Below, in pieces: positions 49,924 to 60,057 of a stretch of 64,000 nt of DNA. Under the pieces are notes generated by a model. It was given only the letters and a program-made list of their open reading frames with translations, made no database searches and was not told the DNA's origin. Source of the DNA: Clostridia bacterium (GTDB lineage: Bacteria > Bacillota > Clostridia > UBA1212 > DUPL01); assembly GCA_050951325.1 (NCBI GenBank), contig JBMNIW010000003.1:256001-320000 (forward strand), written 5' to 3'. Each line of letters begins with the position of its first letter. Position 1 is the stretch's first letter. Both the position numbers and the translations under genes were made by a program.

Positions 49924-51252
49924 TTATCTTTTTGAATTAATATAATCTCTGAACCAGTACGCACTCTTCTTCCATGTTCTTTCACAAGTATCAAAATCCG
50001 TATGAATAATTCCAAATCTGTAATTTGATCCTGCCGACCACTCAAAGTTGTCCATCAAGGTCCATAAATAGTAACCTCTGACATCAAAACCTTCATCGAT
50101 GGCTTTTTCCAACCAGCTAAAAAATCCGCTTACATACCTAATCCTGTCGTCATCCTCTATCATGCCGGTCTTTTCATTTACCTTCTCTTCCCCTACGCTG
50201 TAAGTGCCGTTTTCTGTAATATATACTGGGATCCGAAGGTTGTATTTATCCTTTAATATATGCAAGGCATCATAGACGGCTTTTGGATAATATTCCGTTC
50301 TGTTGTTAAGGAAGTTTCCACCCTGTGAAAAGTCCATGATTGCTTTCTGATCTTTTGACACAACCACCCTGTTGTATACATTTAGGCCGAAATAGTCAAT
50401 TGGCTCGTTTGCCATTTCCAAGTCACCCGGTTTGATGTCCATAAGGGTGCCCTCTTCCTCCAGCTTGGTTAAAATATAATCGCTGTAGCTTCCTTTTAGA
50501 ACCGGATCAAAGTAAAACTTCCAGTTCCTCTCATCCTCATCCCTTTCCAGAGCCTTGTCTTCCTCACTATCTGTAAGAGCATGTCTCTTCCACATGTCAA
50601 TCACAATACCAATTCTGCCATTTTTCAAATTCTCTGCCCTGAACGCTCTTACTGCATTACCATGGGCAACAAGAATATTGTGTCTTGCCTGATTGCCCTT
50701 TTTCTCATCCGTATATCCGGGAGCAAAGCCGCCATGCGCATACCCCACATATACTGCAATAGGCTCATTTACTGTTGACCACATGGGAACCACATCACCA
50801 AAAGCCACAAACATTTTATGCGCATACTCTCCAAACCATTCGATAACATCCCTGTTTGCAAATCCGCCCTTGTCCTCAAGAGCCTGGGGAAGATCCCAGT
50901 GATACAATGTAACGTTTGGAATTATGTCATTTTCCAGCAACCCATTAATTACTCTTTTGTAATAGTCCATGCCCTTTTCGTTCAGTTTTCCTGTTCCTTT
51001 AGGCAAAACCCTTGGCCATGATATGGAAAACCTGTATGAATTTACGCCAAGCTCCTTAAGGTTCTTCAAATCCTCGTCAAACATGTAGTAGCTGTTGCAC
51101 GCTCTGGACGGAGTCTCACCGTTAAAGGTCTTACCCGGCTTCGATGCAAATACATCCCATATGCTGGCACCTTTGCCATCGTCAAAAGCAGCACCTTCAA
51201 TCTGTGCAGCACTTGTCGCAACACCCCATAAAAAATCCTTTGGAAATCCCAT
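49924..51252 (-). CDS. GH1 beta-glucosidase
   Basis: F.WG.ATSA.QIEG, YRFSISWPR, NEP, YITENG, DNFEW. Confidence 0.96.
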   Translation of the reverse strand: MGFPKDFLWGVATSAAQIEGAAFDDGKGASIWDVFASKPGKTFNGETPSRACNSYYMFDEDLKNLKELGVNSYRFSISWPRVLPKGTGKLNEKGMDYYKRVINGLLENDIIPNVTLYHWDLPQALEDKGGFANRDVIEWFGEYAHKMFVAFGDVVPMWSTVNEPIAVYVGYAHGGFAPGYTDEKKGNQARHNILVAHGNAVRAFRAENLKNGRIGIVIDMWKRHALTDSEEDKALERDEDERNWKFYFDPVLKGSYSDYILTKLEEEGTLMDIKPGDLEMANEPIDYFGLNVYNRVVVSKDQKAIMDFSQGGNFLNNRTEYYPKAVYDALHILKDKYNLRIPVYITENGTYSVGEEKVNEKTGMIEDDDRIRYVSGFFSWLEKAIDEGFDVRGYYLWTLMDNFEWSAGSNYRFGIIHTDFDTCERTWKKSAYWFRDYINSKR

Positions 51253-51264
51253 GAGAACACCCTC

Positions 51265-51867
51265 CTAACACAATCTTGCAAGAAAACGTTTCAATTCAAA
51301 CAATACGAGGTCCTCCAGTTCCTCGTAGCTTCCTTCATTTTCAATAATGACATCCGCAATTTCTTCATACTCTTTATTGGATAACTGTGCATTTATCCTT
51401 GTCAATGCCTGTTCTTCGGATATATTCATCCTCTTCATGATTCTTTCCACCCTAAGATCTGCATTAGCCACCACTGTCCATATGCACTCGGCAGTATCGA
51501 AAAAACCTTCTTCCACAGGGATAGGAACATCCAAAACAACAAGTCCACTACCTTGTTCCTTCAGTGCAGCCACCCTTTTCTTAATTTCGGCCGCCACATG
51601 CTTGTGGACGATATGATTCAGTTTAAGGAGCATTTCTTTATCTTTGAAAACCAGCTCTGCAATCTTCTTCCTATCCAGTTCTCCATCTGCTTTCACTATG
51701 TCATCTCCAAAGAAACGAACCATCTCGTTGTACACATCGCTTCCCTTCTTCTGAAGCTCTCTGGTTATCTCGTCAGCATCAATTATTTCTGCTCCCTGCT
51801 TTTTTAATATCTGGCATACAAGAGATTTTCCACTACCTGTTCCTCCCGTTACACCTAAAATGCGCAC
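51265..51867 (-). CDS. coaE: dephospho-CoA kinase
   Basis: G.TGG.GSGKS, IIDAD, LDR...A..VF, RI.AQ. Confidence 0.93.
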   Translation of the reverse strand: MRILGVTGGTGSGKSLVCQILKKQGAEIIDADEITRELQKKGSDVYNEMVRFFGDDIVKADGELDRKKIAELVFKDKEMLLKLNHIVHKHVAAEIKKRVAALKEQGSGLVVLDVPIPVEEGFFDTAECIWTVVANADLRVERIMKRMNISEEQALTRINAQLSNKEYEEIADVIIENEGSYEELEDLVLFELKRFLARLC

Positions 51868-51880
51868 ACTTACCACCTGC

Positions 51881-54523
51881 CTACTCATTAAAATCAAAAT
51901 TCATTCCAGTATCAATGCTCACCACCAACGGAACTGATAACTCAAAGGCATTTTCCATGCAACTCTTTAACAAGGCGATTACCTCTTCCTTCTCTTCTTT
52001 AAGGGCATCAATCAACAACTCGTCATGCACCTGCAGTATGAGCTTGGATTCAAGCTTCCTCCTTGCAAGCTCGTTGTACACCTTTACCATGGCAATCTTG
52101 ATAATATCGGCTGCTGTTCCCTGTATGGGCGTGTTTAGAGCTATTCTTTCACCAAAAGATCTAATCTGATTGTTGGAGGAAGCAAGTTCCGGCAAATATC
52201 TTCTTCTGCCCATCAAAGTCGTGACATATCCAAGTTTCCTGGCGCTCTCCACAATATCCTTCATGTATGCGGCAACACCCGGATATTTTTTAAGATAATC
52301 CGTCTTAAGCTGTTTTGCCTCATAAAAACTGATATTTAGATCCCTGGACAAGCCATACTCACTAATACCATATATTATACCGAAGTTGACAGCCTTTGCC
52401 TTGGAGCGCATTTCATACGTAACATCCTCCAAACCTACATTGAAAACCTTGGCTGCAGTTACTGTATGAATATCCTCATTGTTCCTGAAGGCTTCAATCA
52501 TCGTACTGTCCTGTGAAATGTGGGCAAGGACCCGCAGTTCAATCTGCGAGTAGTCGGCATCTATTAGGATATGGTTTTCGTCCCTTGGTTCAAAGGCCCT
52601 CCTTATATGCCTTCCTATCTCGCTCTTTATAGGCAGGTTTTGCAAATTGGGCTCCGTACTGCTTAACCTTCCTGTCGCTGTTGCCATCTGATTGAAACTC
52701 GAATGCACCCTTCCCGTCATAAGATTTATTGCTGACAAAAGCCCGTCAATATATGTCGACTTAAGTTTTGTATTCTGCCTGTATTCAATAATGCAGGGGA
52801 TTATGGGGTGGGCATCATAAAGCTTTTCCAAAACCTCAATATTGGTACTGTAACCTGTTTTAGTTTTCTTTTTTACCTCCAGCTTCAAATCCTCAAAAAG
52901 AACCTCGCCTAATTGCTTTGGCGAATTAATATTAAAAGCTTTCCCGGCATAATCATGTATCAAGCCTGTAAGTTCGTTTATCCTTTTGTCAAAATCCCTG
53001 CCTTCAGCTTTCAATATGTCAGGATTAACCCTGAACCCTGTATACTCCAAATCCGCAAGAATACATACAAGAGGAAGTTCCACATCCTCGAAGAGCTGTG
53101 TCTGTCCATCCTCCTCAAGCCTTCTAAAGGCATATTCCTGTATTTCCTTTAGTGCAAAAAGCTCATTAAGACTGCCCTGCTTTATTTCTTTTGATGTATA
53201 AAACCTGTATACATCCGTTATACCGTTTGACTTTCTGGTTGAATCGGACAAATAGGCACAAACAGCCACATCGCAGTACAAACCTTTAAAATCACAACCA
53301 TTGTTCTTAAGCCACAGAATAAATGGTTTTGCATCAAACAAAACTTTCTTTATACTCTCATTTTCAAATACAGAAGCAAACTTGTCCATAAAATTTGGAA
53401 CAAACAAGGCTCCTGGAAGTATTACCGTATAACCCACATTGGAGTCATCAAACCTGAAATTTACCTCGGAAAGTCCGCTATTGTCCAAGCTGTATGTGAT
53501 GTATGCAACATCAATCTTTTCAGGCAGTATTAAATTTGTCATATCATCGATACCCGAAAGCTCAACAACTTTCTCAGGAAGTATCATATCTTCTATGTCC
53601 TTATAAATGTTTTCCTTCTCAAAAACAACTTCAGCCTCTGGTTCAACCTGTTCCAGATTGAGTCTTTTAATAATTGACCTGAACTCAAGTTTGTTAAGAA
53701 CATTCAAAACCCTTGCAGGATCGTATTCCTTCCTCCTTGCATCCTCTTCAGTGATTTCAAGTGGCACATCCCTCATTATTGTAACAAGCTTCCTGCTAAG
53801 ATAAGCAATATCCTTGCCTTCCTCAAGCTTTTTCTTCAGCGCAGGCCTTGCAACCTTGTCGATATTCTCATATATCCCTTCCAATGAGCCAAACTCCTTA
53901 ATCAAGGAAAGAGCGGTCTTTTCACCAACACCGGGTATGCCCGGCACATTGTCCGACTTGTCGCCCATAAGGGCTTTTACGTCAATCAGCTGAGCTGGTG
54001 TCACTCCATACTTCTCATAAACAGCATCAACATCGTAAAACTCGGTATTTGTCTTTCCGCCCCTTGTTACAGGCAGTTTGACAACTACTTTCTCATTAAC
54101 CAGCTGCAAAGAATCCCTATCTCCTGTTAAAACAATGCAGCCTACACCCTTTTGAGAGGCTCTTTCACAGAAGGTGCCAATCAAGTCATCAGCCTCAAAA
54201 CCCGGTTTCTCTACAACAGCCACATTAAAGGCATGTAGAAGCTCCTTCAATAGCGGCATCTGGGCAGCCAGTTCATCCGGCATGCCTTTTCTCGTCGCTT
54301 TGTATTCTTCGTATTCTTCATGTCTGAAAGTGGGATGTTTTACATCAAAACAAACCGCAACATAATCCGGATTGTCCTCTTCCAGATATTTAAGGAATAT
54401 ATTTAAAAAACCGTATACAGCGCCTGTATACAGTCCCTCTGCAGTTTTCATAAAACTAGTTTCTGTTGCATAGTATGTTCGGTTAATAATACTGTTACCG
54501 TCCACAACCAAAAGTTTTTTCAT
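51881..54523 (-). CDS. polA: DNA polymerase I
   Basis: DGNS, EADD, GD.SDN.PG, TGRLSS.EPNLQN, DYSQIELR, QVHDEL. Confidence 0.98.
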   Translation of the reverse strand: MKKLLVVDGNSIINRTYYATETSFMKTAEGLYTGAVYGFLNIFLKYLEEDNPDYVAVCFDVKHPTFRHEEYEEYKATRKGMPDELAAQMPLLKELLHAFNVAVVEKPGFEADDLIGTFCERASQKGVGCIVLTGDRDSLQLVNEKVVVKLPVTRGGKTNTEFYDVDAVYEKYGVTPAQLIDVKALMGDKSDNVPGIPGVGEKTALSLIKEFGSLEGIYENIDKVARPALKKKLEEGKDIAYLSRKLVTIMRDVPLEITEEDARRKEYDPARVLNVLNKLEFRSIIKRLNLEQVEPEAEVVFEKENIYKDIEDMILPEKVVELSGIDDMTNLILPEKIDVAYITYSLDNSGLSEVNFRFDDSNVGYTVILPGALFVPNFMDKFASVFENESIKKVLFDAKPFILWLKNNGCDFKGLYCDVAVCAYLSDSTRKSNGITDVYRFYTSKEIKQGSLNELFALKEIQEYAFRRLEEDGQTQLFEDVELPLVCILADLEYTGFRVNPDILKAEGRDFDKRINELTGLIHDYAGKAFNINSPKQLGEVLFEDLKLEVKKKTKTGYSTNIEVLEKLYDAHPIIPCIIEYRQNTKLKSTYIDGLLSAINLMTGRVHSSFNQMATATGRLSSTEPNLQNLPIKSEIGRHIRRAFEPRDENHILIDADYSQIELRVLAHISQDSTMIEAFRNNEDIHTVTAAKVFNVGLEDVTYEMRSKAKAVNFGIIYGISEYGLSRDLNISFYEAKQLKTDYLKKYPGVAAYMKDIVESARKLGYVTTLMGRRRYLPELASSNNQIRSFGERIALNTPIQGTAADIIKIAMVKVYNELARRKLESKLILQVHDELLIDALKEEKEEVIALLKSCMENAFELSVPLVVSIDTGMNFDFNE

Positions 54524-54660
54524 AAATTTAACTCCAATCATGTTTGTTTTTAGTATTATATCAAAATATTGCCCATGTCACAACCTGGACAATCAACCTT
54601 GACCAGTTAAGGACATCATGCATATTATATATGTGTCAATGAATTACAGGAGTAGAACAT

Positions 54661-55021
54661 ATGGTTAAATATTGTATTTCCGGTGGCAACAGCTTGCACG
54701 GCACAGTCGATATATACGGTGCAAAAAACGCAATTCTGCCCATACTTGCTGCAACAATACTGAATAAAGGGAGCACGACACTCAGAAACTGTCCAAATCT
54801 TTTGGATGTCAACATTACCCTGGACATTTTAAGAGAGCTGGGATGCAGGGTTGAGCACAGCTTTGATACAGTACATGTTGATTCAAGCAGTATAACAACA
54901 ACGAATGTTCCTGCAGAACAGACAGGCAAACTAAGATCTTCAATGGTTTTCCTTGGAGCACTTCTTTCCAGATACAAGGAAGTTTCTATATCTCACCCGG
55001 GAGAGTGCGTTACCCTATTGA
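54661..55021 (+). pseudogene. murA: 5' remnant of UDP-N-acetylglucosamine enolpyruvyl transferase
   Basis: GAKNA.LPILAA, LRSS...LG.LL.R, then PGEC (from PGGC) and an out-of-frame PID; ends at the ftsW stop. Confidence 0.85.
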
Positions 55022-56155
55022 TTAAAATTTTACATATTTTGAATTCTTGGATATATTGAGAAGGATACCCATTGAAGCCATAAGGATGAGCAGCGAGGTT
55101 CCTCCATAGCTGAAAAATGGGAGCGATATTCCTGTTGCGGGCATTGATGACGTTACAACAGCCACATTCATAATCGTCTGGACTGCTACAATAGTTGTGA
55201 TTCCGGTAGCCAACAGTGTACCCAAAAGATCGTTTGCGCACGCCGCTATCTTGTAGCCCCTCCAAATAAATACTCCAAACAGGAACAAAACTATGAACAC
55301 GCCGAAAAAGCCCAGCTCTTCGGCCAAAATGGAGAATATAAAGTCATTGTAAGGTTCGGGAAGATAAAGATATTTCTGTACGCTCTGTCCAAGACCTCTT
55401 CCGAAAAGACCACCTGAACCTATTGCATACAGGGACTGGACAACTTGGTAACCTTCATCGGATGCAACTGAAAACGGATCAAGAAAAGCAAATATTCGCC
55501 TTCCAACGTGGGCAAACTTCAGGAACGCAAGTGCAACAACCCCAACACCGCAAACTCCAAGAAGGGCAAAGTTGTAAAAGGACACACCACCTACGAACAT
55601 CATGACAACCATCACTGCACCCAGTATCATTATGCAACTGATATGGGGCTGCAAATATATTAGACCCATCATAACAACAACGGGCAGCATATACATAAGA
55701 AGTCCCCACAAGCTTCTGGCCTTGTCTCGATACTTCGGATGGGAAAGCACGTACGAAACAAGGAACACAACAGTTACCTTTGCAACCTCTGATGGCTGGA
55801 AGGAAAGAGTTCCTGCTCCAAGCCACCTTTTCGCGTTGTTTCTAGTTATTCCTACCAGCAATACAAGAATAAGCACCCCGACTGTTCCTATGTACAAAGG
55901 AATTGTCAGCTTTGCAAGTTTTCTGTAATCAATGAAGCTGAATGCAATCATCAAGACAATTCCAAGAGTAGCAAACACCAGCTGCTTTATCAAAAGCTCA
56001 TACGAGTTTCCTCTGATTATGTGCGAAGATGCAGAGCTTGCACTAAAGACCATCATTGTTCCTATGCCGAGCAAAAGAAGAATGGTCATGAACAATAGAA
56101 AATCGGCTTGTTTGCTTCTTAAGTCCAGCTTTATTTTCGAGATTGTCTCAGTCAT
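55022..56155 (-). CDS. ftsW: SEDS protein FtsW/SpoVE
   Basis: KRW, FQPSE.AK, GYQ..QS..AIGSGG, PE..NDFIF, LPF.SYGG. Confidence 0.93.
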   Translation of the reverse strand: MTETISKIKLDLRSKQADFLLFMTILLLLGIGTMMVFSASSASSHIIRGNSYELLIKQLVFATLGIVLMIAFSFIDYRKLAKLTIPLYIGTVGVLILVLLVGITRNNAKRWLGAGTLSFQPSEVAKVTVVFLVSYVLSHPKYRDKARSLWGLLMYMLPVVVMMGLIYLQPHISCIMILGAVMVVMMFVGGVSFYNFALLGVCGVGVVALAFLKFAHVGRRIFAFLDPFSVASDEGYQVVQSLYAIGSGGLFGRGLGQSVQKYLYLPEPYNDFIFSILAEELGFFGVFIVLFLFGVFIWRGYKIAACANDLLGTLLATGITTIVAVQTIMNVAVVTSSMPATGISLPFFSYGGTSLLILMASMGILLNISKNSKYVKF

Positions 56156-56180
56156 GCAAGCTACCCTCTTTCAAAAAAAT

Positions 56181-57155
56181 TCATATCACAAGACATATAT
56201 ATGCAGCAATACAGCAAATTAGAGTAAATGCCCAGAAAACATATACAACTTTTATCTCGCTCCATCCCTTGAGTTCAAAATGATGATGAATGGGAGCCAT
56301 TTTAAACAGGCGTTTCCCTTTTGTAAGTTTGAAAAATGAAATCTGAAGAATAACACTCAGCGCTTCTATTACGAACAACAAACCCGCAACAAGTAGGATT
56401 GTAGGCATTTTGAGCAATATTGCGCATGCACCAATTGCTCCACCCAATGCAAGAGCTCCTGTATCCCCCATGAAAAGCCTTGCAGGATTGTAGTTGAAAA
56501 GCAAAAAGCCCAAAACGCCTCCAGCCAAGGCAGTGGAAAAATACATGACAGAATTATTCTTTTCCACCAGAATTGACACCAGTGCAAAAAACATAAGAAT
56601 TATAAACGAGGTGCCTGCGCAAAGGCCATCAAGACCATCGGTCAAATTAAGCGTGTTTGTTGTACTCAGCAGCACAAGGATTGAAAAGGGTATGAAGGCA
56701 TAGCCCAGGTCAAACTCGGTATGTAAACCGAACAGATCAATGTTGATTACCGTGCCAAGATCCGCATTGTTGTTAATGTAATATGTGAAAATGAGTGATA
56801 CAATAAACAATAGTGACATCTTCTGATATGACAATAGTCCATCCTTGCTCTTCTTCACAATCTTTATAAAATCATCCAAAAATCCCACAAATCCAAAGCC
56901 AATGGTCACAAACAACAAGGGAAGAATTTCCGGAGCTTTTCCGTTGTAATGTAAAACCAACCCTACAATCACCAAGGGAGTCAGAAAAACAAGTCCACCA
57001 ATAGTAGGAGTGCCCGTTTTCTTGTAATGGGTGGCGGGACCGTCATCCCTCACCGTCTGACCAAATTTAAGTCTTCTCAATATTGGTATATATATTGGTC
57101 CAAATAGAGCTGCTAGAGCAAATGTACTTAAAAAAACAACAATAGCTACTGTCAT
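56181..57155 (-). CDS. mraY: phospho-N-acetylmuramoyl-pentapeptide transferase
   Basis: GQ.VRDDGP..H..K.GTPT, N.TDGLDG, FMGD.G, MAPIHHHFE. Confidence 0.97.
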   Translation of the reverse strand: MTVAIVVFLSTFALAALFGPIYIPILRRLKFGQTVRDDGPATHYKKTGTPTIGGLVFLTPLVIVGLVLHYNGKAPEILPLLFVTIGFGFVGFLDDFIKIVKKSKDGLLSYQKMSLLFIVSLIFTYYINNNADLGTVINIDLFGLHTEFDLGYAFIPFSILVLLSTTNTLNLTDGLDGLCAGTSFIILMFFALVSILVEKNNSVMYFSTALAGGVLGFLLFNYNPARLFMGDTGALALGGAIGACAILLKMPTILLVAGLLFVIEALSVILQISFFKLTKGKRLFKMAPIHHHFELKGWSEIKVVYVFWAFTLICCIAAYICLVI

Positions 57156-58564
57156 ATCCCCACATCACTTTCTCTCAAATATTCAACCACATGCCCCATT
57201 TTCATGGCATTGGAGCCTTTAACCAAAACACAGTCTCCTTCCTGCAGCATAAGCATCAGCTTCTGGGCTGCCTCTTTAGCATCCTGTGTATAATATGCGT
57301 AACAAACCTTTTTGTTTTCCATATTGTCCAACATGGACTCCATAACAGCTTCGACAATATTTCTGGAATATTTTCCGCAAGCAATTACTATGTCCACACC
57401 TTTTTCAACACATAATTTTCCCACCTTGTAGTGGTATTCGTCGGAATACTCACCAAGTTCCAACATATCTCCCAATACTGCAACTTTTCTGTTTTCAAAG
57501 GATTCAAGAACTTCCAGAGAAGCCTTCATCGACTCATAACTTGCATTGTATGCATCGTCAATTATTGTCACATTCCTGTTTTTTAGAGTGAAAATATTCT
57601 GCCTTATGCTGTCCCCTGTATAACTTTCGCAGGCAGAAACTGCCTCCTCAACAGGGACACCCAGACATTTTGCAATGCAGATTGCCACCAGGGAATTGTA
57701 CACATTGTGCTTGCCTTTAAGTTTCAAGGATACAGTGTACTCTTTGCCTGACTCATCCGTGAATACATATATGCTGTTTGAAGCATCATAATCTATGACC
57801 CTCATATAGTTGTCTTCATCAAAACCCACCTTAAAAACAGCAACATCACCGAAATCCCCCTGCTTCAGATATTCGTCATCCCCATTTACAACAAGGACGC
57901 CATCTCCTGCCATTCCAATTGTGATTTCGGATTTTGCTTTTAAGATGTTGTCTTTCGTTCCAAGAAACTCCAGATGATTTGAGCCAATATTGGTAATTAC
58001 CGCATGGGTAGGTCTTGCAATCCTGGAAAGATACTCTATCTGATTCAGTCCTCTCATTCCCATCTCAACCACTATTGCCTCTTCCTCTACAAGGTTGAGT
58101 ATTGTCTTGGGAAGGCCTATCTCATTATTCTCATTCAGTTTGCTTTTTAATGTTCTGAACTTTTTACTCAAAACTTCAAATATATAATCTTTTGTGCTGG
58201 TTTTCCCAACACTGCCGGTAACACCCACAACAATCAAAGGTTTTCCAAGCTTCTCTTCATAAAAATTCCTGTAAAAGGAGGCAATATCGCCATAAGCTGT
58301 CAATGTGTTTTCTACCTGAATAATATTAGTATTACCGCCGTCAATACTCTTATGTACCAGACACGCAACTGCTCCACTGTTAAAAGCATCCTGACAAAAA
58401 TCGTGACCGTCAAATTTTTCTCCTTCAATACAAACGAAAAGAGAACCTTTTGTTACTCGTCTCGAGTCGGTTACAATGCTTGTAATTTTTTCATCAATTA
58501 TTTTCTCGTTTAGCAGTTTGCCATTGGTACTGGCTAGTATCTGTTTAACAGTCAATTCAAGCAT
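57152..58564 (-). CDS. murF: MurF ligase
   Basis: TDSR, TGSVGKT.TK, EMGM, D.YNA, GDMLELG, KGS. Confidence 0.96.
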   Translation of the reverse strand: MLELTVKQILASTNGKLLNEKIIDEKITSIVTDSRRVTKGSLFVCIEGEKFDGHDFCQDAFNSGAVACLVHKSIDGGNTNIIQVENTLTAYGDIASFYRNFYEEKLGKPLIVVGVTGSVGKTSTKDYIFEVLSKKFRTLKSKLNENNEIGLPKTILNLVEEEAIVVEMGMRGLNQIEYLSRIARPTHAVITNIGSNHLEFLGTKDNILKAKSEITIGMAGDGVLVVNGDDEYLKQGDFGDVAVFKVGFDEDNYMRVIDYDASNSIYVFTDESGKEYTVSLKLKGKHNVYNSLVAICIAKCLGVPVEEAVSACESYTGDSIRQNIFTLKNRNVTIIDDAYNASYESMKASLEVLESFENRKVAVLGDMLELGEYSDEYHYKVGKLCVEKGVDIVIACGKYSRNIVEAVMESMLDNMENKKVCYAYYTQDAKEAAQKLMLMLQEGDCVLVKGSNAMKMGHVVEYLRESDVGI

Positions 58565-60042
58565 TAACTACACCTCTTGTCTTCTTCGTCCATTCTGGCA
58601 AGTATATCCCTAACAACCTCACGTTCATCAAAATGAATTACCTTGTCTCTGAAAATCTGGTAGGTTTCATGTCCCTTTCCAGCCAGGATTATAACGTCGC
58701 CAGGCAGTGCGTTTCTAAGTGCATATTCAATGGCTTCCTTTCTGTCCACAATACAAATATATTCCGCACCTGTGGGTTTGATACCCTCTTCTATTTCCTT
58801 GACTATCTTTTCAGGATCTTCCGTTCTGGGATTGTCGGATGTTATTATGGTAAAGTCCGCATATTTGCCTGCTGTCTCGCCCATAAGTTTCCTAGGCCTA
58901 TTTCTGTCACCGCCAGCTCCAAAAAGAAACACGCAACGCTTTGCAAATTCCTTAACTGTTGTCAAAATGTTAATAAAGGAATCTGGATTGTGGGCATAGT
59001 CAATAATCACGGTAAAGTCCCTGTTTGTTGGAACAACTTCCGCCTTGCCTCTTACTGTAACATCTCTGATGCCTTCAACAATTGTATCCATGTCAATACC
59101 TTCAATATGGCACGTTCCAATCGCTGCAAGAGAATTGTACACAGAAAAGGTTCCCGGACTGGATACGTAAACATGCCTCTTGTCCGTCTTGCCTTCTTTT
59201 GTCCCGTACAAAACATCATATTCAACATGGTCCGCATACTTCTTGATATTCACAGCCCTGTAGTCACAATCTTTTTCTATGCCGTAAGAATACACTTTCT
59301 TTCCATTTGAAGCCATCAAATCGAAATATTCGGAATCTGCATTTATTAAAGAATTTTCGCTCATTCCAAACAACATGGCTTTAGATTTTGCATAATCCTC
59401 CATGTCAGGATGTTCCGTCTCCCCAATATGATCCCGTGACAGGTTCGTAAATATGGCCGTTGAATAGGTGCAAAACTCGACCCTGCCCAGTTTCAAACCC
59501 TGAGAGGAAACCTCCATAACGCATACATTTATCTCCCTGTTCGCCATTTCATTCAGCAATCTTTGCAAATCGTTTGCCTCAGGCGTTGTTCTTTCCGTAT
59601 AAAGAATCTCATCATCTATCATGTTGTACATGGTCCCAATTAGACCGGTTTTGTACTTTGCCTTTTCCAATACGGACTTTATATAAAATGTGGTGGATGT
59701 CTTTCCTTTGGTACCTGTTACACCAATCAGCTTGAGCCTTCCTGACGGATGATTGTACAATCTGTCCGCCAGATACGGAAGACTTTTTCTTGTATCTTTT
59801 GTTTTGACTATTGAAACATCCCCTGTAACATCCACATCATCCGTCACAAGAAGTACTCCACAACCATTGTTTACAGCCTGCTGGGCAAAAGCATGCCCAT
59901 CCTGAACATAACCTTTTATGCAGACAAACATGCTGCCTTTACTGGCCAGTCTACTGTCCACCACAATATCCTCTATTTCCCTTTCAGCATTTCCTTTAAT
60001 ATACTCTATATCAAGACCTTTAACCAGCTCATTCAGCTTCAT
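58564..60042 (-). CDS. murE: MurE ligase (DAP type)
   Basis: TGT.GKT, TTP, MEVSS, DYAH, DNPR, AGKGHE. Confidence 0.96.
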   Translation of the reverse strand: MKLNELVKGLDIEYIKGNAEREIEDIVVDSRLASKGSMFVCIKGYVQDGHAFAQQAVNNGCGVLLVTDDVDVTGDVSIVKTKDTRKSLPYLADRLYNHPSGRLKLIGVTGTKGKTSTTFYIKSVLEKAKYKTGLIGTMYNMIDDEILYTERTTPEANDLQRLLNEMANREINVCVMEVSSQGLKLGRVEFCTYSTAIFTNLSRDHIGETEHPDMEDYAKSKAMLFGMSENSLINADSEYFDLMASNGKKVYSYGIEKDCDYRAVNIKKYADHVEYDVLYGTKEGKTDKRHVYVSSPGTFSVYNSLAAIGTCHIEGIDMDTIVEGIRDVTVRGKAEVVPTNRDFTVIIDYAHNPDSFINILTTVKEFAKRCVFLFGAGGDRNRPRKLMGETAGKYADFTIITSDNPRTEDPEKIVKEIEEGIKPTGAEYICIVDRKEAIEYALRNALPGDVIILAGKGHETYQIFRDKVIHFDEREVVRDILARMDEEDKRCS

Positions 60043-60057
60043 AAAACCCCTCAATTC

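Noticed and set aside
54581-54603. Direct repeat CAACCT(G/T)GAC x2 between polA and the murA remnant
   Set aside because: Only two 10-bp copies; cannot be separated from chance.
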